A stretch of 64,000 nt of DNA from assembly GCA_951828385.1 (NCBI GenBank), contig OX639973.1:2241561-2305560 (forward strand), in the 5' to 3' direction. The notes beneath the pieces were generated by a model. It had not been told where the DNA came from, did not search any database, and worked only from the letters and a program-made list of their open reading frames with translations. The translations under genes were made by a program, and so were the position numbers. Position 1 is the stretch's first letter; each line of letters begins with the position of its first letter. Source of the DNA: an uncultured Poribacteria bacterium. Its GTDB lineage: Bacteria > Poribacteria > WGA-4E > WGA-3G. Positions 21,762-31,630 of this stretch are shown piece by piece.

Positions 21762-22175
21762 TCACTTGGCATTAACAAAAGGTCGGAGTTTTTCCAACGT
21801 CTTCGCGCCGATACCTTTGACGTTCTGAAGCGCATCCACGCTGGTAAAGTTGCCGTGCTGTGTCCGATAATCCACAATCCGTTGTGCTGTCGTCTCGCCG
21901 ATATTAGGGAGGGTTTGGAGCTCCTCAACAGTAGCGGTATTGATATTAAGAAGTTCCGGTTTGTTCGGCATCCTATCCTCTGTTGTTCGATTTTGTGGAT
22001 GTGCGTCATTCGGTACAGCGATCAGATCCGGTTTTCCGAGAAACATCGCCGGTGCGAACCGCCGCACCCCCCAAAAGCCTGCCCCCGCTAAAATCAGTAT
22101 CACAAGGAAAGTGACTGCCTTCCAATAATGGCGTTCAACTGCGTTCTCCACGTTATTCATCTCTATTTTCCTCAA
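21762..22175 (-). CDS. comEA: ComEA-like helix-hairpin-helix DNA-binding protein (membrane anchored)
   Basis: 137 aa. N-terminal TM helix. C-terminal HhH tandem (LLNINTATVEELQTLPNIGETTAQRIVDYRTQHGNFTSVDALQNVKGIGAKTLEKL). Confidence 0.75.
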   Translation of the reverse strand: MRKIEMNNVENAVERHYWKAVTFLVILILAGAGFWGVRRFAPAMFLGKPDLIAVPNDAHPQNRTTEDRMPNKPELLNINTATVEELQTLPNIGETTAQRIVDYRTQHGNFTSVDALQNVKGIGAKTLEKLRPFVNAK

Positions 22176-22615
22176 GAAATAGCACCACTCTCATGTTCTT
22201 CCCAACTCGTCCGCAGTAAGTTTTCAATTCGACGTGGAAGTTGGTCCAATGAAATCGTTTTGCTCATAGGTCCATCCCCTTTTCAAGTAACACTTTTGGT
22301 CATTATTATACCATATTTTTTAGAATGTCGGCTACATCTTTTGCTGGGCTATTTAAACGCCCTAATCAAAATACTCGTCCTCATTAAACTTTGTCCACGA
22401 TTCAAATATAGGGAAGGGTCGCGGAAAATTGTCGTTGTTGATATTCAATCTGAACCTTATTTTTTCGCTATCAAAAAGGTTCTGGATCGAGATTGAGATG
22501 CCCGTGGTTTCGATGCAATTGTCGCACTCTGTGGGGAGTATTTGTTGGGAACGGGGTGCTTCAAAATAAATTCTGTATTCCGAACCCGCCTTCTCAATAC
22601 GATAATCGTCCGATA

Positions 22616-22936
22616 CTATCTCCCACTCGTTAAGCGCATACGGACCTTCAGCATACTGTGCCCATAGGCTGACCCCGTTAAAGAAATCAAGGATAACGCC
22701 TTTCTCTTGTCGGCATCTTTAGAAGGGTCGAATTGGCGGAATGAACGATCATCCAATTCCGCTTTTATCCGTTGTTCCTCTTCGCTACTGACGGGTTGCA
22801 ATGGATTGTCCGCACACGAAGAAAGGATCAAACAGGTGAACGTAAAAATAAAAAGCAGGAAGCGTGTTTTTGTGTTGGTTTTGAAGGCGTTGTGTTGACG
22901 CATGTGTATCCCCTCCATTATATTTTTATTGTCCAA
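22616..22936 (-). CDS. Small lipoprotein (lipobox LILSSC), probably 5' part of a frameshifted ~190-aa gene extending to about 22362
   Basis: Signal peptide plus Cys lipobox. The -1 frame downstream continues stop-free for 89 codons of protein-like sequence with no start codon (...NEWEIVSDDYRIEKAGSEYRIYFEAPRSQQILPTECDNCIE...). A G4 run (aacggggtc) is the candidate indel site. Confidence 0.5.
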   Translation of the reverse strand: MDNKNIMEGIHMRQHNAFKTNTKTRFLLFIFTFTCLILSSCADNPLQPVSSEEEQRIKAELDDRSFRQFDPSKDADKRKALSLISLTGSAYGHSMLKVRMRLTSGR

Positions 22937-23065
22937 ATTGTAGCGTTAAGTGAATAGGATTTTCCACAGAAAACGGACAGTGTGCGTTGGAACATTGGAT
23001 TATACTTGATACGGAAACCTGTCTCTGCTAAAATACGCAGTGAATTCACATTTGAAGAAAATGTT

Positions 23066-24100
23066 ATGCAGGAAATTGTGGTAGATTCAGCGAAGTTACA
23101 TGATTTCGCTCGGACACTCTGTGAAAAATCGGGACTGCGCTCGGAAGACGCGGAGCAGATGGCGGCACTTCAGGTGCAGACCGATTTGCGGGGTGTCCAT
23201 TCACACGGCACACGCGCCTTGCCGGGTTACCTCAACCTTGTCCTTGACGGTAAAATGAATCCAAAACCCGAACTCCACATTGCGACAGAGGGACCGAGTT
23301 TCGTTGTCGTTGACGGAGACAACGGCATGGGACATCTGGCAAGCACGCTCGCAATGGAGACAGCGATAGAGAAAGCGAAGACGACCGGTATCGCTGCGGC
23401 AGGGGTACGCAATGCTGGGCATTTTGGTGCGGCTGCATGCTACTCGATTATGGCGGCATCAAACCAGATGGTCGGATTTTCGACGACGAACACAGGTGGT
23501 GCCTCTATTGTAGCACCGGGTGGTGCTGAGGCTGTAGTTGCCAACAACGCGATGAGTTACGCGCTGCCTACAGGTAATGGGCATCCGATCGTATTGGATA
23601 TGGCGTGCGGCGTTTCCGCATGGGGCAAGATCGGCACCCTCCGAATGTATGGCAAACCGATCCCAGAAGGGTGGCTCATAGACGATACCGGACAACCGAC
23701 CAACGACCCGGATAAAGGACGGTTCTTAGCACCCGCAGCAGGACCACGCGGTTATGGTTTGGCACTCATCATGGGTGTCCTCGCTGGTCCCCTGAGCGGT
23801 GGCTTGATGGCGTGTAATAAATCGGGGGATCCGTCTGAACATTTCTTTTTCGCGCTGAACATTTCGAGTTTCACCGATTATGACGGCTACGTTGAAGAGA
23901 TGCAGCAAGGAATCGACAAGATTCACACCTCGAAAACGGCAGAAGGCGTGGAACAGGCATACCTTCCCGGTGAAATTGAGTGGAATAACTACGACAATTA
24001 CCTTGAAAACGGCATTCCGATCCATATAGACCATTTACGAGGTCTCGCTGGCATCGCTGAGAAATTAGATGTACCTATCTGTTGGGAATGGGAAGAGTAG
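23066..24100 (+). CDS. Ldh_2 family (malate/L-lactate/sulfolactate-type) NAD(P)H-dependent dehydrogenase
   Basis: N-terminus MQEIVVDSAKLHDFARTLCEKSGLRSEDAEQMAALQVQTDLRGVHSHGTRALPGYL and overall size/composition are typical of Ldh_2. Start moved to the ATG at 23066 (ORF-track 22982). Confidence 0.75.
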   Translation: MQEIVVDSAKLHDFARTLCEKSGLRSEDAEQMAALQVQTDLRGVHSHGTRALPGYLNLVLDGKMNPKPELHIATEGPSFVVVDGDNGMGHLASTLAMETAIEKAKTTGIAAAGVRNAGHFGAAACYSIMAASNQMVGFSTTNTGGASIVAPGGAEAVVANNAMSYALPTGNGHPIVLDMACGVSAWGKIGTLRMYGKPIPEGWLIDDTGQPTNDPDKGRFLAPAAGPRGYGLALIMGVLAGPLSGGLMACNKSGDPSEHFFFALNISSFTDYDGYVEEMQQGIDKIHTSKTAEGVEQAYLPGEIEWNNYDNYLENGIPIHIDHLRGLAGIAEKLDVPICWEWEE

Positions 24101-24120
24101 CAAAGAAATAAGGAGTCAAT

Positions 24121-25620
24121 ATGGCAGATACTAATAATGAACGTGTAGATGGTGGTGCGCTTCCCGATTGGGATGTTGCGGAACTGCCCGAACCACCGAA
24201 ATATCAATTTGGAAAAGCGTTCCGAAGCATCTTAGGTCCCGGCATCATTGCATTAGGGGGTTCAATCGGGAGCGGTGAGTGGTTGCTGGGCCCCGCAATT
24301 ACTGCGCAATACGGCGGGAGTCTCCTATGGATCGCGACAATCGCTATTTTGCTTCAGGTGATCTTGAATACAGAGGCGATCCGCTATACGCTTTACACAG
24401 GCGAACCGATGTTGAGCGGCTACATGCGCTGTAAACCGGGCGCGCCATTTTGGGCATCTTTCTATTCGGGCATCAACTTTTTTGGGATTTGGCCCGGTTG
24501 GGCGATGACCGCTGCGACGGCACTCGCTGCGGCGTGGATCGGTTATATGCCACAAGATGCTGATAGTGGAACGGTGCGTCTATTCGCATATCTTATTTTT
24601 TTCGCGTGTTTAGGGATCGTGCTGTTTGGCGGAAAGATTTACAACGTCCTTGAGAAGGTCCAACTTTTCATGGTCATCTGGATTATCAGTTACCTTGTTG
24701 TTATTGATCTATTTTGGGTACCGCCAAGTGTGTGGTGGACAACGATCAAAGGTTTTTTTAGCTTTGGATCACTCCCTACGCCAGGACCAGACGGAGAGGT
24801 TAATTGGCTATTGCTTGGTGCTTTTGCGGCTTACGCGGGAAGCGGCGGCTTAGGCAACGTTACCATCAGCAATTACGTGCGCGATAAAGGGTGGGGTATG
24901 AGCAGTCTCGTCGGTGCGATCCCATCGATGATCGGTGGACAGAATGTAACGCTTTCACACTTGGGCAAAGTCTTTCGTATTACCCCAGAAAACCTTGCCC
25001 GATTCAAGGAGTGGTGGAAATATGTTCGCTTTGAGCAGTACGGTATCTGGCTCATTGGGTGTTTTATCGGCATTGCGCTACCAGCAATGTTAACCTTGGC
25101 GTTCGTGCCTGCTGGACAGGAGATAGACCAGTGGTCAGCGGCAGGATTCCAAGCGGACGGACTCGCGAAGGAAGGCGGTAGAGTGTTGTGGTATCTCACA
25201 CTACTCTGTGGGTTCTGGGTGCTGTTCTCAACACAACTTGGTAGTGTGGACGGCGTTCCGCGAACTTATACCGATATTATATGGACCGGATTGAAGCGTG
25301 CGCGAAACCTCGGTGAACACAACGCAAAATGGATCTACTATCCCATCCTCGGTGTCTATATATTGTGGGGTGTTATCGCGATATATTTCACGCAGCCGTT
25401 CTTTATGATTCTGGTATCCGCAACGATTGGCGGGTATCTATTGGTGATTACCTCGCTACATACACTTTACGTCAACCGAAAATTCTTACCGAAAGAGATA
25501 CAACCTCCGATGTGGAAACAGGTTGGGTTGGTGTTGTGTGCAGGATACTATTCGATTTTTGGGACGATTACTGTCTGGCAACAAGTGATTGTGCCTTATG
25601 TTTTGCCGATTTTTGGATAG
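24121..25620 (+). CDS. Polytopic membrane transporter with weak Nramp/APC-superfamily-like features. Substrate unknown.
   Basis: 499 aa with about 11-12 hydrophobic segments. Gly-rich first TM region (GPGIIALGGSIGSGEWLLGP). Immediately downstream of the Ldh_2 gene. Confidence 0.5.
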   Translation: MADTNNERVDGGALPDWDVAELPEPPKYQFGKAFRSILGPGIIALGGSIGSGEWLLGPAITAQYGGSLLWIATIAILLQVILNTEAIRYTLYTGEPMLSGYMRCKPGAPFWASFYSGINFFGIWPGWAMTAATALAAAWIGYMPQDADSGTVRLFAYLIFFACLGIVLFGGKIYNVLEKVQLFMVIWIISYLVVIDLFWVPPSVWWTTIKGFFSFGSLPTPGPDGEVNWLLLGAFAAYAGSGGLGNVTISNYVRDKGWGMSSLVGAIPSMIGGQNVTLSHLGKVFRITPENLARFKEWWKYVRFEQYGIWLIGCFIGIALPAMLTLAFVPAGQEIDQWSAAGFQADGLAKEGGRVLWYLTLLCGFWVLFSTQLGSVDGVPRTYTDIIWTGLKRARNLGEHNAKWIYYPILGVYILWGVIAIYFTQPFFMILVSATIGGYLLVITSLHTLYVNRKFLPKEIQPPMWKQVGLVLCAGYYSIFGTITVWQQVIVPYVLPIFG

Positions 25621-25646
25621 CAAGAAATCGGGGTTACAAACCGCTT

Positions 25647-27179
25647 CTACAAAGAATGGTAAGCTGCAATAATTGCCTCCACAAGGCTCTCTATTGTGGC
25701 TTTCTTTGCAATCACATCAACCTGTATACCCTGTTTGATCGCTGTTTTCTGTGTCTCTGGACCGATGACTGCGATTTGCACATCCGCCAATAAAGTCTCA
25801 GGGGTATGCCTGGGGAACATCTCCAAGAAATTGTTGACTGTGGAAGAACTGGTGAATGTGAGGAGGTCAATCCTGCCGTTCAAGAGATCCGTTTCAATTT
25901 CATCTCGCCCTTTATCGCTATCGCTTGCCACTTTGAGGGTATCGTAGAGCGGGATATCATCAACGTGCGCGCCTCTTTCGCGCAAACCGTCGGGGAGATC
26001 GGACATCGCGATTTTCGCACGTGGTAGAAGGATTTTCCGCGCGCTTACTTCGTCTATTTCAGCAGCAATGGCACTCCCGCGGGAGCGCGCTGGGACAAAG
26101 TCAGGCTGAATACCGATAGCGTTAAGTGCCTCAACCGTTTTCGGACCCACTGCACAGATTTTGGTGCCACCGAACGCTCGTACATCGCTCCCATTTTCTC
26201 GCAAACGTTTATAGAAAATCTCAACGGCGTTAACACTCGTAAAGATAACCCAATCGTATTTGTCGGGAGAAGGCAGGTCTACACGTTCAATAGGTTGAAT
26301 CTTTATAGTCGGAAACTGGATGACCTCTGCGCCGTTTGCCTCTAAGAGGTCTGCGAATTCACTTGCTTGTGCGCGGGCGCGTGTGACAAGGATGCGTTTT
26401 CCGAAAAGTGGTTTGGTGTCAAACCATCGGAGTTGCTGGCGTAGCCGATTCACTTCTCCGACAACGATAACAGCGGGACTTTCGAGTTGGACTGCCGTTA
26501 CTTTTGACACAATATCCGCAAGGGTCCCTTGGACGACTTGCTGTTGCGGTGTCGTGCCAACACGTACTAAACTAACAGGCGTTGCGGGCTGCCTACCGTG
26601 TGTTATCAATCGTTCCACAATCTCGCGGAGATGCGCGACTCCCATATAAACGACAAGCGTATCTACTGCAGTGGCGAGGTGTTCCCAATTGATGTTTGAA
26701 TCTGATCGCAGTGCGGCGGAATGTCCTGTCACAAACGCTACCGATGATGCGTAATCTCGGTGCGTGACGGGGATGCCTGCATAAGCGGATGCGGCAATCG
26801 CAGAAGTGATACCGGGGACGACCTCAAACGGAATGCCTGCCTCGGTGAGTGCCATCGCCTCTTCGCCGCCACGCCCAAAGATATAGGGATCTCCACCCTT
26901 GAGGCGAACGACAACTTTGCCTGCCTTGGCATGCTTAACAAGTAACTGATTAAGTTCGGCTTGGCGTGTGGCGCGCACCCTTGGATCGGGTGCTTTGATT
27001 TTTTCGGTGTGCGAAGGACAGTGTTCCAATAACGCATCGTTCAGTAATAGGTCATAGATAACGACATCGGCGCGCTGAAGACACTCCACCCCTTTAAGTG
27101 TGATAAGTTTTCTATCACCGGGTCCAGCACCTACGATGTAGACGCTACCTGTGGGTAGTTTGTTTAGAGACGCGTTCAT
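25647..27179 (-). CDS. Uroporphyrinogen-III C-methyltransferase (CobA/SUMT) fused to uroporphyrinogen-III synthase (HemD)
   Basis: 510 aa. N-terminal SUMT motifs (VYIVGAGPGDRKLITLKGVECLQRADVVIYD; VVRLKGGDPYIFGRGGEE). C-terminal ~250 aa HemD-like. Confidence 0.85.
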   Translation of the reverse strand: MNASLNKLPTGSVYIVGAGPGDRKLITLKGVECLQRADVVIYDLLLNDALLEHCPSHTEKIKAPDPRVRATRQAELNQLLVKHAKAGKVVVRLKGGDPYIFGRGGEEAMALTEAGIPFEVVPGITSAIAASAYAGIPVTHRDYASSVAFVTGHSAALRSDSNINWEHLATAVDTLVVYMGVAHLREIVERLITHGRQPATPVSLVRVGTTPQQQVVQGTLADIVSKVTAVQLESPAVIVVGEVNRLRQQLRWFDTKPLFGKRILVTRARAQASEFADLLEANGAEVIQFPTIKIQPIERVDLPSPDKYDWVIFTSVNAVEIFYKRLRENGSDVRAFGGTKICAVGPKTVEALNAIGIQPDFVPARSRGSAIAAEIDEVSARKILLPRAKIAMSDLPDGLRERGAHVDDIPLYDTLKVASDSDKGRDEIETDLLNGRIDLLTFTSSSTVNNFLEMFPRHTPETLLADVQIAVIGPETQKTAIKQGIQVDVIAKKATIESLVEAIIAAYHSL

Positions 27180-28102
27180 TCCAAGACCCCTTGTGTCGCC
27201 AACAATCCAGTTGCCCCCCCCTCCCGGAGTTTTTCGGCAACAACTTCGCCTAAGTGTTGGGCAGCGTTTGGTTCCCCCTTTGCGCTCTTCACAATACGCA
27301 AGGCACCTTCTGGATGACAGACGACACCGATAAGGGAAAGTTCGCCATTAACATGTTTGGCGTACGCGCCAATCGGTACTTGACATCCACCGCCGAGGCT
27401 TTCCAACACGGTCCTTTCAGCGGTAACTTCTGCCACCGTTTCCTGATGGTTCAGAGGTTGAAGTAGGGTTTCAAGCGCAGTATCGCCTTCGCGTGCTTCA
27501 ATCGCGAGCGCGCCTTGTCCAACGGCTGGTACCATCCGTTCTACATCAAAGAATTGTGTAATAACTTCCGGCTTGCGGAGACGGTTGATGCCGGCTGCAG
27601 CAAGGATAATTCCATCAAGGCCGGTTTCATGAAGTTTGCGCAACCGCGTATCTATATTACCTCGGATATCAACGACTTGTAAATCTGGACGCATATAGAG
27701 GATTTGCGCTTTTCGACGCGGACTTGTGGTGCCGATTGTTGCGCCATTCAGCAAGTCCTCTAAGGGTAGTCCTGAGGCAGTGATGAGTACATCTCGCGGA
27801 TCCTCCCGTGTCGGAATCGCGGCGATGCAAAGCCCTTCGGGAAGTTCTATTGCGAGATCTTTCAAACTATGCACAGCGAGATCAATATCTCCTGCTAAGA
27901 GTGCGTTTTCTATCTCTTTGGTAAAGGCACCTTTGCCGAGTCCAACTAATGAGCGGTCCTGAATGGTATCCCCAGTAGTTTTGATGATCTTGAGGTTGAC
28001 TTCGAGATCAGAAAAGAGGCGTTCCAACTGATCTTTGACGAATTGTGCTTGCCAAAGTGCGAGTTGGCTACCACGGGTGCCGATTACAAGCGAGTTGCGC
28101 AT
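27176..28102 (-). CDS. hemC: Hydroxymethylbilane synthase / porphobilinogen deaminase (HemC)
   Basis: Conserved N-terminus LVIGTRGSQLALWQA and dipyrromethane cofactor Cys region (GGGCQVPIG). Start moved to the ATG at 28100-28102 (SD AAGGAA). 4-nt overlap with the downstream cobA/hemD gene. Confidence 0.9.
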   Translation of the reverse strand: MRNSLVIGTRGSQLALWQAQFVKDQLERLFSDLEVNLKIIKTTGDTIQDRSLVGLGKGAFTKEIENALLAGDIDLAVHSLKDLAIELPEGLCIAAIPTREDPRDVLITASGLPLEDLLNGATIGTTSPRRKAQILYMRPDLQVVDIRGNIDTRLRKLHETGLDGIILAAAGINRLRKPEVITQFFDVERMVPAVGQGALAIEAREGDTALETLLQPLNHQETVAEVTAERTVLESLGGGCQVPIGAYAKHVNGELSLIGVVCHPEGALRIVKSAKGEPNAAQHLGEVVAEKLREGGATGLLATQGVLE

Positions 28103-28224
28103 CAAAATTCCTTTTTTTAATATCGGGATTCTGCTCGTTTTTTGCCCTGCTTCCCCGTAACGGGTGGCGGATCTTATCAAAACGGAGCTTCCGTGAAGTT
28201 ATGTTGCTCTTGACGGGATTCACC

Positions 28225-29526
28225 TTATACATCCGAATGATCATCGTTAACATCCAAGGCGAACAATTCCTGCAAGGCTTGGATGTACTGCCCGTGGTCG
28301 GCATCTCCGTCGTTGACGGCACAGCGTAGATTTTGCATGGGATGGTGGAGCAGTTTTTTGACAATCGCTTGCGTCATGGAAGCAACAGCCGCTTCCTGCT
28401 GATCCGAAAGTGTTGCTTTATAGAAACACGCTTGCAATTCAGTGTCAGCGATCTCTCGAAACTGCTGATGGAGTGCCTTAATAGTAGGATTGACCTGAAA
28501 GATTTGCAATTGGGCGTAGAACCGCTTCGCTTCTTCGGTGACAATCTGCTCTGCTCGGTTCGCTTCTTGCTGTCGATCCTTGAGGTTGGAGGCGACAACG
28601 GCTTCAAGGTCGTCAATATTGTAAAGGAAGGCGTGGTCAATCTTACTCACATCGGGGTCTATATCGCGGGGTACAGCGATGTCAATGAGAAACATATACC
28701 GGTGCCTGCGTTTCCGCATGATATTAGCGAGGGGCTGTCGTTTGATAAGATAATCGGGTGCATCGGTAGAACTAATAACAATGTCGGCATCAATAAGGAA
28801 ATCAAGGTCGCTATCATAAGCGATGGGTGTACCGTTAAACTTCTCTGCGACTTTGACAGCACGTTCATAAGTGCGATTTGCAACAATCACGTTAGAGACA
28901 CCATTTGAAACGAGATGCTTTGCGGTCAGTTCACTCATTTCACCTGCTCCGAGAATTGCAACAGTCTTGCCTTCAAGTGTATTGAAAATCTTTTTGGCGA
29001 GTTCAACGGCGGCGTAACTAATAGAAACGGCACCCGTGGCGATAGTCGTCTCGGAGCGGATCCGTTTACCAACACTGAAAGCCTTGGTGAAAAGACGGTT
29101 GAGAATTGCCCCCCCCCCACCGGCTTCCCGCGAGGTATCGTAAGCAGTCTTGACCTGTCCTAATATTTGGGATTCACCGACCACCATAGAATCAAGGCTC
29201 GTTGTCACTCTGAAAAGGTGTTGGATTGTCTCCAAGTTATGATGGAGATACGTCCATTTTTTGAGGGACCCTACGCCGATTCGGTGGTAGTGTGAGAGGA
29301 ATTCAACCAACATTTTGGCGGCAGCGTCAGCAGTTCGCACCGAATTCACAACAGCGTAGACTTCTACCCGGTTACAGGTAGAGAGAATGACCGCCTCGTG
29401 AATCTGATAAGACTCACGAAGCTGCTGGAGCGATTCAGTAAGTTGTGCTTCGGAAAACGCCAATTTTTCCCTAAATTCAATCGGGGCAACATGATGGCTG
29501 GTTCCGATGGAGACGATCTGGTTCAT
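28225..29526 (-). CDS. hemA: Glutamyl-tRNA reductase (HemA)
   Basis: 433 aa. Catalytic Cys region (LSTCNRVEVY). NADPH-binding (AILGAGEMSELTAKHL). Confidence 0.9.
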   Translation of the reverse strand: MNQIVSIGTSHHVAPIEFREKLAFSEAQLTESLQQLRESYQIHEAVILSTCNRVEVYAVVNSVRTADAAAKMLVEFLSHYHRIGVGSLKKWTYLHHNLETIQHLFRVTTSLDSMVVGESQILGQVKTAYDTSREAGGGGAILNRLFTKAFSVGKRIRSETTIATGAVSISYAAVELAKKIFNTLEGKTVAILGAGEMSELTAKHLVSNGVSNVIVANRTYERAVKVAEKFNGTPIAYDSDLDFLIDADIVISSTDAPDYLIKRQPLANIMRKRRHRYMFLIDIAVPRDIDPDVSKIDHAFLYNIDDLEAVVASNLKDRQQEANRAEQIVTEEAKRFYAQLQIFQVNPTIKALHQQFREIADTELQACFYKATLSDQQEAAVASMTQAIVKKLLHHPMQNLRCAVNDGDADHGQYIQALQELFALDVNDDHSDV

Positions 29527-29655
29527 TCCTTATAACCAAAAGATCTAAAAGCTGAAATGTTGTTGATACGTTCCGTAAATTATATCACATATCAGCGATT
29601 GTGTCAAATTTGGAAGTCGCGAAGTCGCGATTCCAAACGGCTCTACCCAAGAAAA

Positions 29656-30498
29656 TTAGCGATACGTATGCATGCTATCTAAAAAGAGATCAACGCCAAC
29701 GTAAGTGCAAAGGACAGCGACGAACCCGAGGATTGCGGCGTAGGCTGCGCGTCGTCCGTGCCAGCCCCATAACTGACGGAGACCGATCTGGACGACATAG
29801 ATAAACCATGTCATGAGGGTGGAGATTACCTTCGCATCAAGCCACCTCCACGGGACATCTCGGATATACTGGGTCCAGAGACTTCCGACAATGACACCCA
29901 TTGTGAGCAGAATCACACCGAGAATCGTACAACGATACCCAAGTTCATCAGAAACACCGAGAGAAGGGAGGAGGTTGTCAAAAAGCGTGTCCGTTTTTTG
30001 GCGGATTTTCCGCTCGGCTATCAAATACATCAACCCAAATCCAAACGCAGCGATGAACGCCGCATAGCCGAGAAAGATGAGGGAGGTGTGTGCCAAAAGC
30101 CAATAGTTTTGCAACGGTTCCGGGAGTGCAGCAGTGTGTGTCGCGAAACTATATGAGATAAGTATAGCAATAAACGCAACCGGCATCACAAAACTACCGA
30201 GTGTGCGGAGTTGTGTCAGCCGCACGATGATGAGGTAGATCAGTGTGATTGCCCATGCAAAGAAAGCGGTGGAATCGGTCCAGTGCGTCATCGGAAAATG
30301 CCCTTGTGTGAGCCACCATAGCGTAATAAAGAGACTCAGAAAAGCAAAACCGATACTGGTTCCCCAAAAAGCGATTCGCTCAATCGTTGGACGGATGATA
30401 ACCGCTTCGCTCCGGTTACTGATAGCCAACGAGAGTGTCTGAAAAATGCTTGCCGCTAAGTATATTAAAAGAGTAACAAGAAACAGAAAATTTATCAT
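29656..30498 (-). CDS. Cytochrome c assembly protein CcsA/HemX-like (W-rich motif membrane protein)
   Basis: About 280 aa, 8 TM segments, WGW motif region (LRQLWGWHGRRAAY). Location immediately upstream of hemA is typical for hemX/ccsA-like genes. Start moved to the ATG at 30498. Confidence 0.6.
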   Translation of the reverse strand: MINFLFLVTLLIYLAASIFQTLSLAISNRSEAVIIRPTIERIAFWGTSIGFAFLSLFITLWWLTQGHFPMTHWTDSTAFFAWAITLIYLIIVRLTQLRTLGSFVMPVAFIAILISYSFATHTAALPEPLQNYWLLAHTSLIFLGYAAFIAAFGFGLMYLIAERKIRQKTDTLFDNLLPSLGVSDELGYRCTILGVILLTMGVIVGSLWTQYIRDVPWRWLDAKVISTLMTWFIYVVQIGLRQLWGWHGRRAAYAAILGFVAVLCTYVGVDLFLDSMHTYR

Positions 30499-30562
30499 AC
30501 GCTGTGCTTTTCGAGAGCCTAAGGACACATAGCAGTCAGATATGCCTCTCCGTTATGTGTGT

Positions 30563-31510
30563 TCATTCGCTTTCATTTTCGCTATTGGCGAGGTGCGCCC
30601 GGAGGCGTTCTAACTCGGCTTCTATTGCCAGTCGTCTTTCGGCTTCTTCTCTGGCGCGACTTTCCGCGGCTTGCCGCTGTTCCGCTTCTTCTCTGGCGCG
30701 ACTTTCCGCGGCTTGCCGCTGTTCCGCTTCCTCTCTGGCGCGACTTTCCGCGGCTTGCCGCTGTTCCGCTTCCTCTCTGACGCGTCTTTCTGCCGCTTGC
30801 CGCTGTTCCGCTTCTCCTGCCAGCAGTTCTTCTGCTGCCACTCGTAGGTGATGTTCCTCCAGGGAAGTTGTAATAGCGGTGCCATCGGGAAGATACGGAC
30901 GTAAAAGCCGCAGCTCCCACGCCTCATGAAGCTCCCACCGAAAATAAAGGTTTAACGACGCACTGAACAAACCATCATCAGCCTCTTCTTCAATCTCAAC
31001 GATGTCGCCCAATGCATCCCGCCGCCACCCCCGAAATTCTATAGGGCGATTCATGTTGGGTTGATGAATGAAATACTCCGCAACCCCCATATCCCGCAGA
31101 TACACTTCAATTTTTTCATGCCGGTCCTCAGACGCTGTTGTATCTGAAAGGAACTCAAAAACTGCTGTAGGGACGGCGCCTTCTGCCCAGGTATAAAAAC
31201 TCCTTCGTAACGGAAGTTTCGCGGCACCAAGGGCGACAAACACATCGGGAGCCACGACCTTTCTGATATCGCCTTCGCGGTAATAGATAAAGTTGTCCAT
31301 ACCGACATGGATATACGGGTGTGCCTGAAAATATCGTAAGAACTGGTCAAATAAACTATGCATCTGCATTCCGTGAAATTCGCCTGCTGGCATGGGTTCA
31401 TCGTCCTCATAAGGGTAGCCTTCAATGTAAGTGGTCGGTTTTCCACTCGCTTTTGGAAAGACAGGCATGTATTTTCTTTGCTTGAGTTCAAAATCGTTTA
31501 GCGTATTCAT
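30563..31510 (-). CDS. Uma2-family (DUF820) putative endonuclease with a C-terminal coiled-coil tandem-repeat tail
   Basis: N-terminal ~230 aa Uma2-like (PVFPKASGKPTTYIEGYPYEDDEPMPAGEFHGMQM...VAPDVFVALGA...VFEFLSDTTASEDRHEKIEVY). C-terminus has 4 copies of the 14-aa unit AEQRQAAESRAREE. Confidence 0.7.
   Translation of the reverse strand: MNTLNDFELKQRKYMPVFPKASGKPTTYIEGYPYEDDEPMPAGEFHGMQMHSLFDQFLRYFQAHPYIHVGMDNFIYYREGDIRKVVAPDVFVALGAAKLPLRRSFYTWAEGAVPTAVFEFLSDTTASEDRHEKIEVYLRDMGVAEYFIHQPNMNRPIEFRGWRRDALGDIVEIEEEADDGLFSASLNLYFRWELHEAWELRLLRPYLPDGTAITTSLEEHHLRVAAEELLAGEAEQRQAAERRVREEAEQRQAAESRAREEAEQRQAAESRAREEAEQRQAAESRAREEAERRLAIEAELERLRAHLANSENESE
30643..30810. repeat. Near-perfect 42-bp tandem repeat x4 (coding; encodes the EAEQRQAAESRARE repeats of the Uma2 protein)
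   Basis: Unit cttcttctctggcgcgactttccgcggcttgccgctgttccg at 30643, 30685, 30727, 30769, with 0-4 substitutions per copy. Spawns artefact ORFs on both strands. Confidence 0.9.
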
Positions 31511-31630
31511 GATTTTCTTCCTTTGCCTATCGAGACAGGAATGTCACTCATCTACGTGAGATGGTTAAGGCAGTACTCAACCGTTTTGAAAATCTTAAAA
31601 AAAGCAGACTATTTTCGCTTTCGGGCAATT

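Noticed and set aside
20593-22200. Full BMC (microcompartment) operon around the eutN-like gene
   Set aside because: No BMC-H (PduA/EutM-like, ~90 aa) or BMC-T genes, and no signature enzymes, occur within the window. Only the single vertex gene is present, so a BMC locus cannot be called here.
30504-30927. ORFs 30504-30851(+), 30559-30780(+), 30582-30920(-), 30622-30927(-) with Arg/Ser/Ala-rich repetitive translations
   Set aside because: All are alternative-frame readings of the 42-bp x4 tandem repeat. The repeat belongs to the C-terminus of the Uma2-family gene 30563-31510, which is the only frame with a conserved domain attached.
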